Origin: Thermus thermophilus HB8 | GTDB taxonomy: Bacteria > Deinococcota > Deinococci > Deinococcales > Thermaceae | DNA: 32,000 nt | Direction of reading: 5' to 3' | Assembly: GCF_000091545.1 (NCBI RefSeq) | Contig: NC_006461.1 | Span: 862,778-894,777, forward strand | Shown: positions 1-9,323 of the stretch, piece by piece | Layout of the letters: each line of letters opens with the position of its first letter | How positions within the stretch are numbered: position 1 is the first letter of the stretch | Program-made: the position numbers and the translations under genes | Notes under the pieces: model-generated | What the model was told of the DNA's origin: nothing | The model's database searches: none | What the model saw: the letters and a program-made list of their open reading frames with translations, nothing else

Positions 1-632
1 CCGCCGTGCCCCGGGTCCAGGAGGACGGTGGGGGAGGGGAGGGGGAGGGGGGTGAGGCCCACGGCCACCTGGCCGCCCCCGGGGTAGTAGACCCGCTCCG
101 GGGGGCGGGAGAGGGGGAGGAAGAGGCCCATGGCCTCCTGGACCAGGGAGGGGTGGCTCCCCTGGGCCATGAGGAAGAGGACGCCCCCGGGCCGCACCAC
201 GGCGTTCACCTCCCGGCTGAAGCGGAGGAGGTAGCCTTCGGGCCGGGCCTCCACCTGGAGGAGCCGGGCCCAGGGGAGGTCCAGCTGGATGCCCACCTGG
301 GCCTGGTAGGAGAGGCCGAGGGCGTCCGCTAGGGGGCGCAGGGGCACGTAGACGCGCCCGTCCTTGCGCCAGGCGGCGAGGCTGGAGGCGGCCTTGGCCT
401 CGTCCGCTTCCACCGGGAAGGTCCGGTAGCGGGCCCCAAGCCCGAGGGCCACCTGGCCCTCCCCCTGCCAGAGGGCGAGGCCGAGCCCCCGGGCCACGAG
501 CCCCACCTCCCCGTAGGACACCCCCCGGTTTCCCGGGTAGAGGGCTTCCCCGGTAAGCTCCCCCACCTTCAGGGGCTTGGGGGCCTGGGCCAGGGCGAAG
601 GCGGCGAGGAAGAGGAGGAAGAGGGCCCTCAT
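1..632 (-). CDS. N-acetylmuramoyl-L-alanine amidase family protein, N-terminal part (gene continues past left edge)
   Basis: Absent from the ORF track because it has no stop in the window. My reverse-strand translation from ATG 632..630 stays open to position 1. It reads MRALFLLFLAAFALAQAPKPLKVGELTG... (signal peptide) and ends ...PTVLLDPGHGG, the start of the Amidase_3 motif. The ATG overlaps the smpB stop (ATGA). Confidence 0.7.
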   Translation of the reverse strand, partial: MRALFLLFLAAFALAQAPKPLKVGELTGEALYPGNRGVSYGEVGLVARGLGLALWQGEGQVALGLGARYRTFPVEADEAKAASSLAAWRKDGRVYVPLRPLADALGLSYQAQVGIQLDLPWARLLQVEARPEGYLLRFSREVNAVVRPGGVLFLMAQGSHPSLVQEAMGLFLPLSRPPERVYYPGGGQVAVGLTPLPLPSPTVLLDPGHG

Positions 633-1063
633 AGCTCCTCCAAGGCGCGGCGCACCGCCTCCTTCTTGTCCTCGCGCCGCTTTTCATAAGCCTTCTTCCC
701 CCGGGCGAGGCCCAGGAGGACCTTGGCGTACCCCCGCTCGTTGAAGTAGATCTTGAGGGGGACCAGGGTGAGGCCCTTCTGCTCCACCTTGCCGAGAAGC
801 CGCCTAAGCTCGTGCTTGTGCAGGAGGAGCTTCCGCTTCCTCCTCGGGTCCACGTTGGCGTAGGAGCCCTTCTCGTAGGGGGCGATGTAGAGGTTTTCCA
901 GGTAAAGCTCGCCGTCCTCAAACCTGGCGAAGCTTCCCGTGAAGTCCACCTTCCCCGCCCTCAGGGACTTCACCTCGGTCCCTTTGAGGGCGATGCCCGC
1001 CTCGTAGGTTTCCAGGATCTCGTAGTCGTGCCGCGCGCGGCGGTTCTCCAGCACGGGGGCCAT
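629..1063 (-). CDS. smpB: SsrA-binding protein SmpB
   Basis: 144-aa ORF MAPVLENRRARHDYEILETYEAGIALKGTEVKSLR...KIYFNERGYAKVLLGLARGKK, a full-length match to the conserved SmpB pattern. Confidence 0.95.
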   Translation of the reverse strand: MAPVLENRRARHDYEILETYEAGIALKGTEVKSLRAGKVDFTGSFARFEDGELYLENLYIAPYEKGSYANVDPRRKRKLLLHKHELRRLLGKVEQKGLTLVPLKIYFNERGYAKVLLGLARGKKAYEKRREDKKEAVRRALEEL

Positions 1064-1064
1064 C

Positions 1065-1667
1065 TTACCAAAGCCGGTAGAGCTCCTCCCGGCGGTGGCG
1101 GAGGAGGGGGTACTTCTTGCGGTAGGCCTCGAGGAAACCCCAGTCGGGCTCGGCGACGAGGAGGCCTTCCTCCTCCCTCCGCGCCAAGACCCGCCCGTCG
1201 GGCGCGACGAAGAGGGAGGGGCTTCCCGTGTCCGCGCGGCTCGCCAGGAAGAGGTAGGCCTGGTTCTCCGCCGCCCGGGCCCGGGCGAGGACCTCCAAAA
1301 GCCCGGCGTACTCCCCGGGCCAGGCCGCCCCCACGAGAAACCCCTGCGCCCCCTTCAGGGCGTAGGCCCGGAAGAGCTCGGGGAAGTCCAGGTCGTAGCA
1401 GAGGGCAAGCCCGAAGGCCCGGCCCTCCCAAGGGAGGAGGAGGGGCCTTTCCCCGGGGCGGAGGCCCTCGTCCCCCTCTTCCCCCTCCGCCCGGTAGAGG
1501 TGGAGCTTGGCGTAGGCGGGGCCTTGGGGGAAGGCTTGCAGGCGGTTTTCTCCTTCCGCGAGGTGCCCCGCGAGGAGGAGAAGCCCCGCCTCTTCCGCAA
1601 GCTCCCTAAGGGCCTGGGGAAGCCCGGGGTCCTCCCGTTTGCCCAGGACGAGCTCGGGGAGGAGCAA
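1065..1667 (-). CDS. carbon-nitrogen hydrolase (nitrilase superfamily) protein, apparently frameshifted at its 5' end (see finding)
   Basis: E-K-C triad context: LLLPELVL, AKLHLYR, GLALCYDLDFPE. The track start is a TTG inside the catalytic-Glu strand. A typical N-terminus (MRLALAHLAKRESLRELLQALRP) sits in another frame, starting at ATG 1771. Confidence 0.75.
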   Translation of the reverse strand: MLLPELVLGKREDPGLPQALRELAEEAGLLLLAGHLAEGENRLQAFPQGPAYAKLHLYRAEGEEGDEGLRPGERPLLLPWEGRAFGLALCYDLDFPELFRAYALKGAQGFLVGAAWPGEYAGLLEVLARARAAENQAYLFLASRADTGSPSLFVAPDGRVLARREEEGLLVAEPDWGFLEAYRKKYPLLRHRREELYRLW

Positions 1668-1770
1668 AAGCCCCGCCCCCCGCTCCCGGGCCTCTTGGGC
1701 CAGGGGCGGAGGGCCTGGAGGAGCTCCCTTAGGCTTTCCCGCTTGGCCAGGTGGGCCAGGGCGAGGCGCA

Positions 1771-2376
1771 TTACCTCGGGCCCAGGAAGCGCCAGGCGGT
1801 GGGGAAGAGGAGGGCGGCGAGGACCGCCTTCACCAGGTCCCCGGGGATGAAGGGGAAAAGCCCCATGGCGAGGAGGGCGGAGACGCCCCCGAACTTCCCC
1901 GCGCCCATGAGCCAGGCGGCGAGCCAGGGAAGCCCCACGAGGTAGAGGAGGGCGTTCCCCAGGAGCATGGCGAGGAGGGTGCCGAAGAAGCCCCGGTCCA
2001 GGCCGAAGCGCTCCACCAGAAGCCCCACGAGGCCCGCCGCCAGGGGGAAAGCCAGGAGGAACCCTCCGGTGGGCCCTAGGATTTTGGCGATCCCGCCCGT
2101 TCCCCCGGCGAAGACGGGGAGGCCCATGGCCCCCTCCAGGAGGTAGGCGAGGAGGGCGAGGAAGCCCAGGCGGCTTCCCAGGGCCGCCCCCACCAGGAGG
2201 ACGCCCAGGGTCTGGCCGGTGATGGGGACCGGGGTGAAGGGGAGGGGGAGGGCGATCTGGGCGGTGAGGGCCACGAAGAGGCTTCCCACGAGGATGAGGA
2301 GGAGGTCCCGGGAAAGGGTCCTTTGGGGCCAAATGGTCTTCATAAGCGGCGTGTAGGGCAACACCTCGGTCTTCAC
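1771..2376 (-). CDS. bioY: biotin transporter BioY
   Basis: C-terminal 190-201 aa of the long track ORF: ...IWPQRTLSRDLLLILVGSLFVALTAQIALPLPFTPVPITGQTLGVLLVGAALG..., a BioY-like membrane protein. Preferred start is GTG 2376, preceded by GAAAGGAGG with a 7-nt spacer. The alternative ATG 2343 has no Shine-Dalgarno. Confidence 0.85.
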   Translation of the reverse strand: MKTEVLPYTPLMKTIWPQRTLSRDLLLILVGSLFVALTAQIALPLPFTPVPITGQTLGVLLVGAALGSRLGFLALLAYLLEGAMGLPVFAGGTGGIAKILGPTGGFLLAFPLAAGLVGLLVERFGLDRGFFGTLLAMLLGNALLYLVGLPWLAAWLMGAGKFGGVSALLAMGLFPFIPGDLVKAVLAALLFPTAWRFLGPR

Positions 2377-2408
2377 GCTTTCGCCTCCTTTCCCCGCCCT
2401 TGGCGGGT

Positions 2409-2439
2409 CGTCAACCAAGCTATGGGTTTCCGGTTGACG
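2409..2439. promoter_or_regulatory. perfect 8-bp inverted repeat CGTCAACC-N15-GGTTGACG, BirA-operator-like, upstream of bioY
   Basis: Arms at 2409-2416 and 2432-2439, lying 33-63 nt upstream of the bioY GTG. The geometry resembles the biotin-operator consensus TGTAAACC-N14-16-GGTTTACA. Confidence 0.45.
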
Positions 2440-2457
2440 TGTCAAGGCGGGGGCTAA

Positions 2458-3483
<1,026 letters not shown>

Positions 3484-4656
3484 ATGCGGACCCTTTTGGA
3501 CCTGGACCCCAAGGGCAAGCGGGTCCTGGTGCGGGTGGACTACAACGTCCCCGTCCAAGACGGGAAGGTCCAGGACGAGACCCGGATCCTGGAAAGCCTC
3601 CCCACCCTCCGCCACCTCCTCGCCGGGGGGGCTTCCCTCGTCCTCCTCTCCCACCTGGGCCGCCCCAAGGGCCCGGACCCCAAGTACTCCCTGGCCCCGG
3701 TGGGGGAGGCCTTGAGGGCCCACCTCCCAGAGGCCCGCTTCGCCCCCTTCCCTCCGGGCTCGGAGGAGGCGAGGCGGGAGGCGGAGGCCCTGAGGCCCGG
3801 GGAGGTCCTCCTCCTGGAGAACGTCCGCTTTGAGCCGGGAGAGGAGAAGAACGACCCCGAGCTTTCCGCCCGCTACGCCAGGCTCGGGGAGGCCTTCGTC
3901 CTGGACGCCTTCGGGAGCGCCCACCGGGCCCACGCCAGCGTGGTGGGGGTGGCGAGGCTCCTCCCCGCCTACGCCGGCTTCCTCATGGAGAAGGAGGTGA
4001 GGGCCCTTTCCCGCCTCCTCAAGGACCCGGAAAGGCCCTACGCCGTGGTGCTGGGCGGGGCCAAGGTCTCGGACAAGATCGGGGTCATTGAGAGCCTCCT
4101 TCCCCGCATAGACCGCCTCCTCATTGGCGGGGCCATGGCCTTCACCTTCCTCAAGGCCCTAGGGGGAGAGGTGGGGAGGAGCCTGGTGGAGGAGGACCGG
4201 CTGGACCTGGCCAAGGACCTCTTGGGGCGGGCCGAGGCCTTGGGGGTCAGGGTCTACCTCCCCGAAGACGTGGTGGCGGCGGAGCGCATAGAGGCGGGGG
4301 TGGAGACCCGGGTCTTCCCGGCCCGGGCCATCCCCGTCCCCTACATGGGCCTGGACATCGGCCCCAAGACCCGGGAGGCCTTCGCCCGGGCCCTGGAAGG
4401 GGCGAGGACGGTCTTCTGGAACGGGCCCATGGGGGTCTTTGAGGTGCCTCCCTTTGACGAGGGGACCTTGGCCGTGGGGCAGGCCATCGCCGCCCTCGAG
4501 GGCGCCTTCACCGTGGTGGGCGGGGGCGACTCGGTGGCGGCGGTGAACCGCCTGGGCCTTAAAGAGCGCTTCGGCCACGTCTCCACCGGGGGCGGGGCGA
4601 GCCTGGAGTTCCTGGAAAAGGGCACCCTGCCCGGCCTCGAGGTCCTGGAAGGCTAA
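3484..4656 (+). CDS. pgk: phosphoglycerate kinase
   Basis: 390 aa. [17 protein letters not shown] and GGGDS...[13 protein letters not shown]-like motifs. The ATG directly follows the gap stop codon. Confidence 0.97.
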   Translation: MRTLLDLDPKGKRVLVRVDYNVPVQDGKVQDETRILESLPTLRHLLAGGASLVLLSHLGRPKGPDPKYSLAPVGEALRAHLPEARFAPFPPGSEEARREAEALRPGEVLLLENVRFEPGEEKNDPELSARYARLGEAFVLDAFGSAHRAHASVVGVARLLPAYAGFLMEKEVRALSRLLKDPERPYAVVLGGAKVSDKIGVIESLLPRIDRLLIGGAMAFTFLKALGGEVGRSLVEEDRLDLAKDLLGRAEALGVRVYLPEDVVAAERIEAGVETRVFPARAIPVPYMGLDIGPKTREAFARALEGARTVFWNGPMGVFEVPPFDEGTLAVGQAIAALEGAFTVVGGGDSVAAVNRLGLKERFGHVSTGGGASLEFLEKGTLPGLEVLEG

Positions 4657-4668
4657 GGCGCGGGCGTT

Positions 4669-4701
4669 TAGAATGGGCCTGGGGCGTGGAGGCCCCAGGC
4701 C
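4669..4701 (+). promoter_or_regulatory. -10-like TAGAAT followed by a 10-bp GC hairpin abutting the rbfA start codon
   Basis: TAGAAT at 4669-4674. GGCCTGGGGC (4676-4685) pairs with GCCCCAGGCC (4692-4701). The loop GTGGAG holds the only SD-like sequence, and the ATG is at 4702. Confidence 0.35.
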
Positions 4702-4989
4702 ATGGCTTACGGCAAGGCCCACCTCGAGGCCCAGTTGAAGCGCGCCCTCGCGGAGGAGATCCAGGCCCTCGAGGACCCCAGGCTCTTCCTCCTCACCGTG
4801 GAGGCGGTGCGCCTTTCCAAGGACGGGAGCGTCCTCTCGGTCTACGTGGAGGCCTTCCGGGAGGAAGAGGGGGCCCTGCGGGCCCTCTCCCGGGCCGAGC
4901 GCCGGCTTGTGGCCGCCCTTGCCCGGAGGGTCCGCATGCGCCGCCTGCCCCGCCTGGAGTTCCTGCCGTGGAGAGCGTCACCCGCATAA
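4702..4989 (+). CDS. rbfA: ribosome-binding factor A
   Basis: 95 aa: MAYGKAHLEAQLKRALAEEIQALEDPRLFLLTVEAVRLSKDGSVLSVYV..., with RbfA size and pattern. Confidence 0.88.
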   Translation: MAYGKAHLEAQLKRALAEEIQALEDPRLFLLTVEAVRLSKDGSVLSVYVEAFREEEGALRALSRAERRLVAALARRVRMRRLPRLEFLPWRASPA

Positions 4990-5366
4990 AGGTTCGCTAC
5001 GCCGAGACGGACCAGATGGGCGTGGTCCACCACTCGGTCTACGCCGTCTACCTGGAGGCGGCCCGGGTGGACTTCCTGGAAAGGGCCGGCCTTCCCTACC
5101 ACCGGGTGGAGGCGAGGGGGGTCTTCTTCCCCGTGGTGGAGCTCGGCCTCACCTTCCGCGCCCCCGCCCGCTTCGGGGAGGTGGTGGAGGTCAGGACCCG
5201 CCTCGCGGAGCTCTCCTCCCGGGCCCTCCTCTTCCGCTACCGGGTGGAGCGGGAAGGGGTCCTTTTGGCCGAGGGCTTCACCCGCCACCTCTGCCAGGTG
5301 GGGGAGAGGGCGGCCCGCATCCCGGAGGACATCTACCGGGCCTTGAGCGTGCTACACTTAAAGTAG
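4968..5366 (+). CDS. acyl-CoA thioesterase, YbgC/4-hydroxybenzoyl-CoA thioesterase (hotdog) family
   Basis: VESVTRIKVRYAETDQMGVVHHSVYAVYLEAARVDFLE... is the typical hotdog thioesterase N-terminus. GTG 4968 has GGAG 8 nt upstream. The gene overlaps the rbfA 3' end by 22 nt. Confidence 0.8.
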   Translation: MESVTRIKVRYAETDQMGVVHHSVYAVYLEAARVDFLERAGLPYHRVEARGVFFPVVELGLTFRAPARFGEVVEVRTRLAELSSRALLFRYRVEREGVLLAEGFTRHLCQVGERAARIPEDIYRALSVLHLK

Positions 5367-5375
5367 CATTGGGGC

Positions 5376-6620
5376 ATGGACTTGGACGCCTTCACCCTCT
5401 TTGAGCGGCACATCAACCCAGGCCTCGCCGGGCTTCTCCGCTTCACCGGGCTAGACCGGGTGGAGTCCCACGCCGAAGGCCCCTACGTCTGGGACACCCA
5501 GGGCAAGCGCTACCTGGACTTCCTAGGCCTCTACGGCACCCTGAACCTGGGCCACCGCCACCCCAAGGTGGTGGAGGCGGTCAAGCGGCAGCTTGACCGC
5601 ATGCCCATGTCGGTGCGGGTCCTGGTCTCGGAGCCCACGGCCAGGCTTGCCGCAAAGCTCGCCGAGATCACCCCGGAGGGCCTGGAGATGGTCTTCTTCG
5701 GCAACTCCGGGGCCGAGGCGGTGGAGGCCGCCATCAAGCTGGCCCGGGCCTACACCGGCAAGCCCGGCATCGTCACCACCCAAGGGGGGTTCCACGGCAA
5801 GACCATGGGGGCGCTCTCCCTCACCCCCAAGCCCGAGTACCAGGACCCCGCAAGGCCCCTCCTCCCCGGGGTCAAGGTGGTGCCCTACGGGGACCTAAAG
5901 GCCCTGGAGGAGGCCATAGACGAAACGACCGCCGCCGTGATCGTGGAGCCCATCCAGGGGGAAGGGGGCATCCGGGTGCCCCCCGAGGGGTACCTGAGGG
6001 GCGTGCGGGAGCTTACCCGGGAAAAGGGCGTCCTCATGATCGCCGACGAGGTGCAGACCGGCCTCGGCCGCACGGGGAAGCTCTTCGGGGTGGACTGGGA
6101 GGGGGTCTCCCCGGACCTCATGACCCTGGCCAAGGCCCTGGGGGGCGGGGTGATGCCCATCGGGGCCTGCGTGGGGCGGCGGGAGGTCTTTGAGGTCTTC
6201 AAGAATAACCCCCTCTTCCACTCCTCCACCTTCGGGGGGAACCCCCTGGCCGCGGCCGCCGCCCTTGCGGCCATTGAGGTCACCCTGGAGGAGGACCTCC
6301 CGGGGCGGGCCCTGGAGCTCGGCCGCCACCTGATGGAGGGGCTAAAGGTCCTCAAGGAGGAGCACCCCCACCTCATTGAGGACGTGCGCGGCCGGGGGCT
6401 CATGGTGGGCGTGGAGTTCGCGGACGCCGACATCGGCGCCCTGGTGGTGGCGGAGATGGCGGAGAGGGGCGTCCTCACCGCCTTCGGCCTGAATAACCCC
6501 AAGGTGGTCCGCCTCGAGCCCCCCCTGATCATCGGCAAGGAGCACGTGGACGAGGCCCTCGCCGTCTTCGCGGAGGCCCTCAAGGCTACGGAAAAGGCCC
6601 TCGAGGGCCTTCTAGGTTGA
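5376..6620 (+). CDS. class-III PLP-dependent aminotransferase (acetylornithine/ornithine/GABA/putrescine type)
   Basis: 414 aa. FFGNSGAEAVEAAIKLAR, ADEVQTGLGRTGKLF and HSSTFGGNPLA motifs. Confidence 0.9.
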   Translation: MDLDAFTLFERHINPGLAGLLRFTGLDRVESHAEGPYVWDTQGKRYLDFLGLYGTLNLGHRHPKVVEAVKRQLDRMPMSVRVLVSEPTARLAAKLAEITPEGLEMVFFGNSGAEAVEAAIKLARAYTGKPGIVTTQGGFHGKTMGALSLTPKPEYQDPARPLLPGVKVVPYGDLKALEEAIDETTAAVIVEPIQGEGGIRVPPEGYLRGVRELTREKGVLMIADEVQTGLGRTGKLFGVDWEGVSPDLMTLAKALGGGVMPIGACVGRREVFEVFKNNPLFHSSTFGGNPLAAAAALAAIEVTLEEDLPGRALELGRHLMEGLKVLKEEHPHLIEDVRGRGLMVGVEFADADIGALVVAEMAERGVLTAFGLNNPKVVRLEPPLIIGKEHVDEALAVFAEALKATEKALEGLLG

Positions 6621-6621
6621 A

Positions 6622-8856
6622 ATGCAGGAAACGCTTTTAGAGTTTTTCAAGAAGACGGGGAGGCCGCACCGGCTGGAGGAGATCCTGCACCGGTTCGGCC
6701 TGGAGAAGCGGGAGGCCAAGGCCCACCTTAAGGCCTTGGTGGCGCGGGGGCTTCTGGAGAAGAAGGGAAGCCGGTACTTCCTGGCCAACCGGGTCCAGGG
6801 GCCCTTAAGCCTCCATCGGGACGGGTACGGCTTCGTCCGCCTCCCCGAGGGGGACCTCTTCGTCCCCCCGGGGTACACGGGGGACGCCTGGCCGGGCGAC
6901 CTGGTGGAGGCCCGCGTCATGCCCCCGGGCCGGGACGGAAGGCCTTGGGGGGTGGTGGAGCGGGTCCTCAAGCGGGCGCGGGAGCGGCTCGTGGGGACCC
7001 TGGACTTCCGGAAAGGCCGCGCCCTGCTCCTCCCCGACGAGCCCAACCTCCCGGAGCTTCCCCTCGCCCCCGAGGGGCTTGAGGGCCTGAAGCGGGGAAG
7101 CCGCATCGTGGTCCAGGTCCACTACGGCAAGCGCCCCTACGGGACCTTCCTTGCGTACCTGGGGGAGGGGGAGGCCCCCGAGACGGAGACGGAGGCCGTC
7201 ATCGCCAAGTACGGCCTCCGCGCCGAGTTCCCCGAGGAGGTCCTGAAGGAGGCGGAGGCCATCCCCTTGGAGATCCCCGAGGCGGAGCTTAGGCGGCGGG
7301 AGGACTTCAGGGGCCTTCGGGTCTTCACCATAGACGGGGTGGACGCCAAGGACTTTGACGACGCCATCCACGTGGAGCGTCTGCCTGGGGGCTACCGCAT
7401 CGGGGTCCACATCGCCGACGTCTCCCACTACGTCAAGGAGGGAAGCCTCTTGGACCAGGAGGCCTTCCTCCGGGGCACCAGCGTCTACCTCCCGGGGCGG
7501 GTCCTCCCCATGCTTCCCGAAAGGCTTTCCAATGGGGTCTGCTCCTTGAGGCCGGGGGAGGACCGCTTGGTCCTCTCCGTGCTCGTGGACCTCACGGAGG
7601 ACCTAAAGGTCAAGCGGGTCCGCTTCCGGGAAGGGGTCATCCGGAGCGTCGCCCGCCTCACCTACACCGAGGTGGAGGCCTTCGCCGAGGGCTTCGGCCT
7701 TCCCGAGGAGCACGCCTTCCTGGCGGAGGACTTGCGCCTCCTTTTGGACCTCACGCAGAGGATGCGGGAGAAGCGCCTAAAGGAGGGCGCCTTGGACTTC
7801 GCCTTCCCCGAGGTGAAGGTGGAGGTGGGGGAGGAGGGGGAGCTTCACCTCATCCCCCAGGCGGAGCCCAAGGCCAGAAGCCTCATTGAGGAGCTGATGC
7901 TCCTCGCCAACCGGCTGGTGGCGGAGTACCTGGTGCAAAAGGGCCTCCCCGGCCTCTTCCGCGTCCACGAGGAGCCGGTCCAGGACGCCTACGAGAAGCT
8001 CCGCCAGGCCCTGGCCCGCCTGGGCTATACCCTCCCCCCCAAGCTTTCCGGCCACGCCCTGCAAAAGGCCCTCCTCGCCTCGCGGGGCCGCCCGGAGGAG
8101 CCCGTGGTGGCCTACCTCGTCCTCCGCTCCTTGCGCCTGGCCCGCTACGCCCCGGAGAACCTGGGCCACTTCGGCCTCGCCATGGAGCACTACCTGCACT
8201 TCACGAGCCCCATCCGCCGCTACCCGGACCTGGTGGTCCACCGGGTGCTGAAGGCCGCCTTGCGCCGGACCCTCACCCCGGCGCGGAAGGCGCGGTGGCA
8301 AGAGGCCTTTCCCGCCATCGCCGAGCACGCTTCGGAGATGGAAAGGAAGGCGGAAGCCGCCGAGAGGGAGCTCACCAAGTACTACATGGCCAAGTGGGCC
8401 GAGCTCCACGTGGGGGAGCGCTTCTTGGGGAAGGTCACCGGGGTGGCGAACTTCGGGGCCTTCGTCACTTTGCCCAACGGGGTGGAGGGGCTGGTGCGCC
8501 TCGAGGCCCTGGGGCCCTACACCTACAGCGAGGAGGCTATGGCCCTCCTCGGCCCCAAAGGGCGGAGGATCCGCCTCGGGGACGAGATGGAGGTGCGGAT
8601 CGCCGGGGCCAACCCGAGGCTTAGGCAGGTGGACCTCCTCCCCGTGGAGGAGGCGCCCAAGAAGACCAAGAACAGGAAGGAAAAGGCTAAGGAGGTGGAG
8701 ATGCGCAAAGTGGTAGGACCCCCCAAGGACCGGGCCCGGGACACCCGTCCCGAGCGGGCCACGGTGAACACCATCTACTTCGGCGAGTGGACCCCCAAGG
8801 AGCCCGAGGAGCCCCGCCCGGAGAGGACCCGGGCCCGCAAAAAGCGGCGCCGCTAA
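6622..8856 (+). CDS. rnr: ribonuclease R
   Basis: 744 aa. RNB domain motifs (TIDGVDAKDFDDAIHVE, HFGLA...YLHFTSPIRRYPDLVVHR), an S1 domain (GKVTGVANFGAFVTL) and a Lys/Arg-rich tail. Confidence 0.93.
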   Translation: MQETLLEFFKKTGRPHRLEEILHRFGLEKREAKAHLKALVARGLLEKKGSRYFLANRVQGPLSLHRDGYGFVRLPEGDLFVPPGYTGDAWPGDLVEARVMPPGRDGRPWGVVERVLKRARERLVGTLDFRKGRALLLPDEPNLPELPLAPEGLEGLKRGSRIVVQVHYGKRPYGTFLAYLGEGEAPETETEAVIAKYGLRAEFPEEVLKEAEAIPLEIPEAELRRREDFRGLRVFTIDGVDAKDFDDAIHVERLPGGYRIGVHIADVSHYVKEGSLLDQEAFLRGTSVYLPGRVLPMLPERLSNGVCSLRPGEDRLVLSVLVDLTEDLKVKRVRFREGVIRSVARLTYTEVEAFAEGFGLPEEHAFLAEDLRLLLDLTQRMREKRLKEGALDFAFPEVKVEVGEEGELHLIPQAEPKARSLIEELMLLANRLVAEYLVQKGLPGLFRVHEEPVQDAYEKLRQALARLGYTLPPKLSGHALQKALLASRGRPEEPVVAYLVLRSLRLARYAPENLGHFGLAMEHYLHFTSPIRRYPDLVVHRVLKAALRRTLTPARKARWQEAFPAIAEHASEMERKAEAAERELTKYYMAKWAELHVGERFLGKVTGVANFGAFVTLPNGVEGLVRLEALGPYTYSEEAMALLGPKGRRIRLGDEMEVRIAGANPRLRQVDLLPVEEAPKKTKNRKEKAKEVEMRKVVGPPKDRARDTRPERATVNTIYFGEWTPKEPEEPRPERTRARKKRRR

Positions 8857-8926
8857 GGCTTCCGCAAGCCCCTGGGGGGGCTGGCAGCGCTCCAGGCCCA
8901 GCGCCTGGAGGCTGCCCTCTTGGGAC

Positions 8927-8947
8927 GGGGGCGCTGCGCCCCCTTTT
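8927..8947 (+). terminator. intrinsic terminator after rnr
   Basis: GGGGGCG-CTG-CGCCCCC followed by TTTT. A second 13-bp bulged hairpin lies just upstream (about 8885-8917). Confidence 0.6.
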
Positions 8948-8971
8948 ACTTCTGGCGGTAGAGCGGGCCTT

Positions 8972-9323
8972 TGCTATACTTGTCAGCAAAATTACGATGC
9001 AACTGGCTTTCTTTGGGCTTTGAAAAACAAAGCTCAGTCCGGTAGCCCCTTCCTCGCCGAAATTTTGACCTGGCCCAACGTTGCGGTGTGTGCTATACTC
9101 CCCCTAACCCGGACCTCCGGGTGGGGACCTTGAAAGCCAGTTTTTCCCTTGCGGAAGGCGAATATGCGCTTTTTCTTTTCATCGCCCCTTCCTCCTGTGG
9201 CTTTGCATCGGCATAAACCCCCGAAAACCCCCGTTATTCGCCGTGTGCATATTCCAAGCTTCATCTTTCTCACAAACCCCCCTCTGGCGGCGCCGTCCAG
9301 GACGGGGTTCTTTGGGGGGTACC
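8972..9323 (+). promoter_or_regulatory. CRISPR leader region with two extended -10-like boxes (TGCTATACT)
   Basis: GC content is visibly lower than in the flanking DNA. TGCTATACT occurs at 8972-8980 and 9091-9099. The region ends at the first repeat, and its orientation fits the repeat direction. Confidence 0.4.

Noticed and set aside
9151-9160. 10-nt identity (GCGGAAGGCG) between the CRISPR leader and spacer 13 (10290-10299), considered as possible self-targeting or duplication.
   Set aside because: The match is too short and lies in GC-rich sequence, so it is compatible with chance. No longer spacer match to any part of this window was found by eye.
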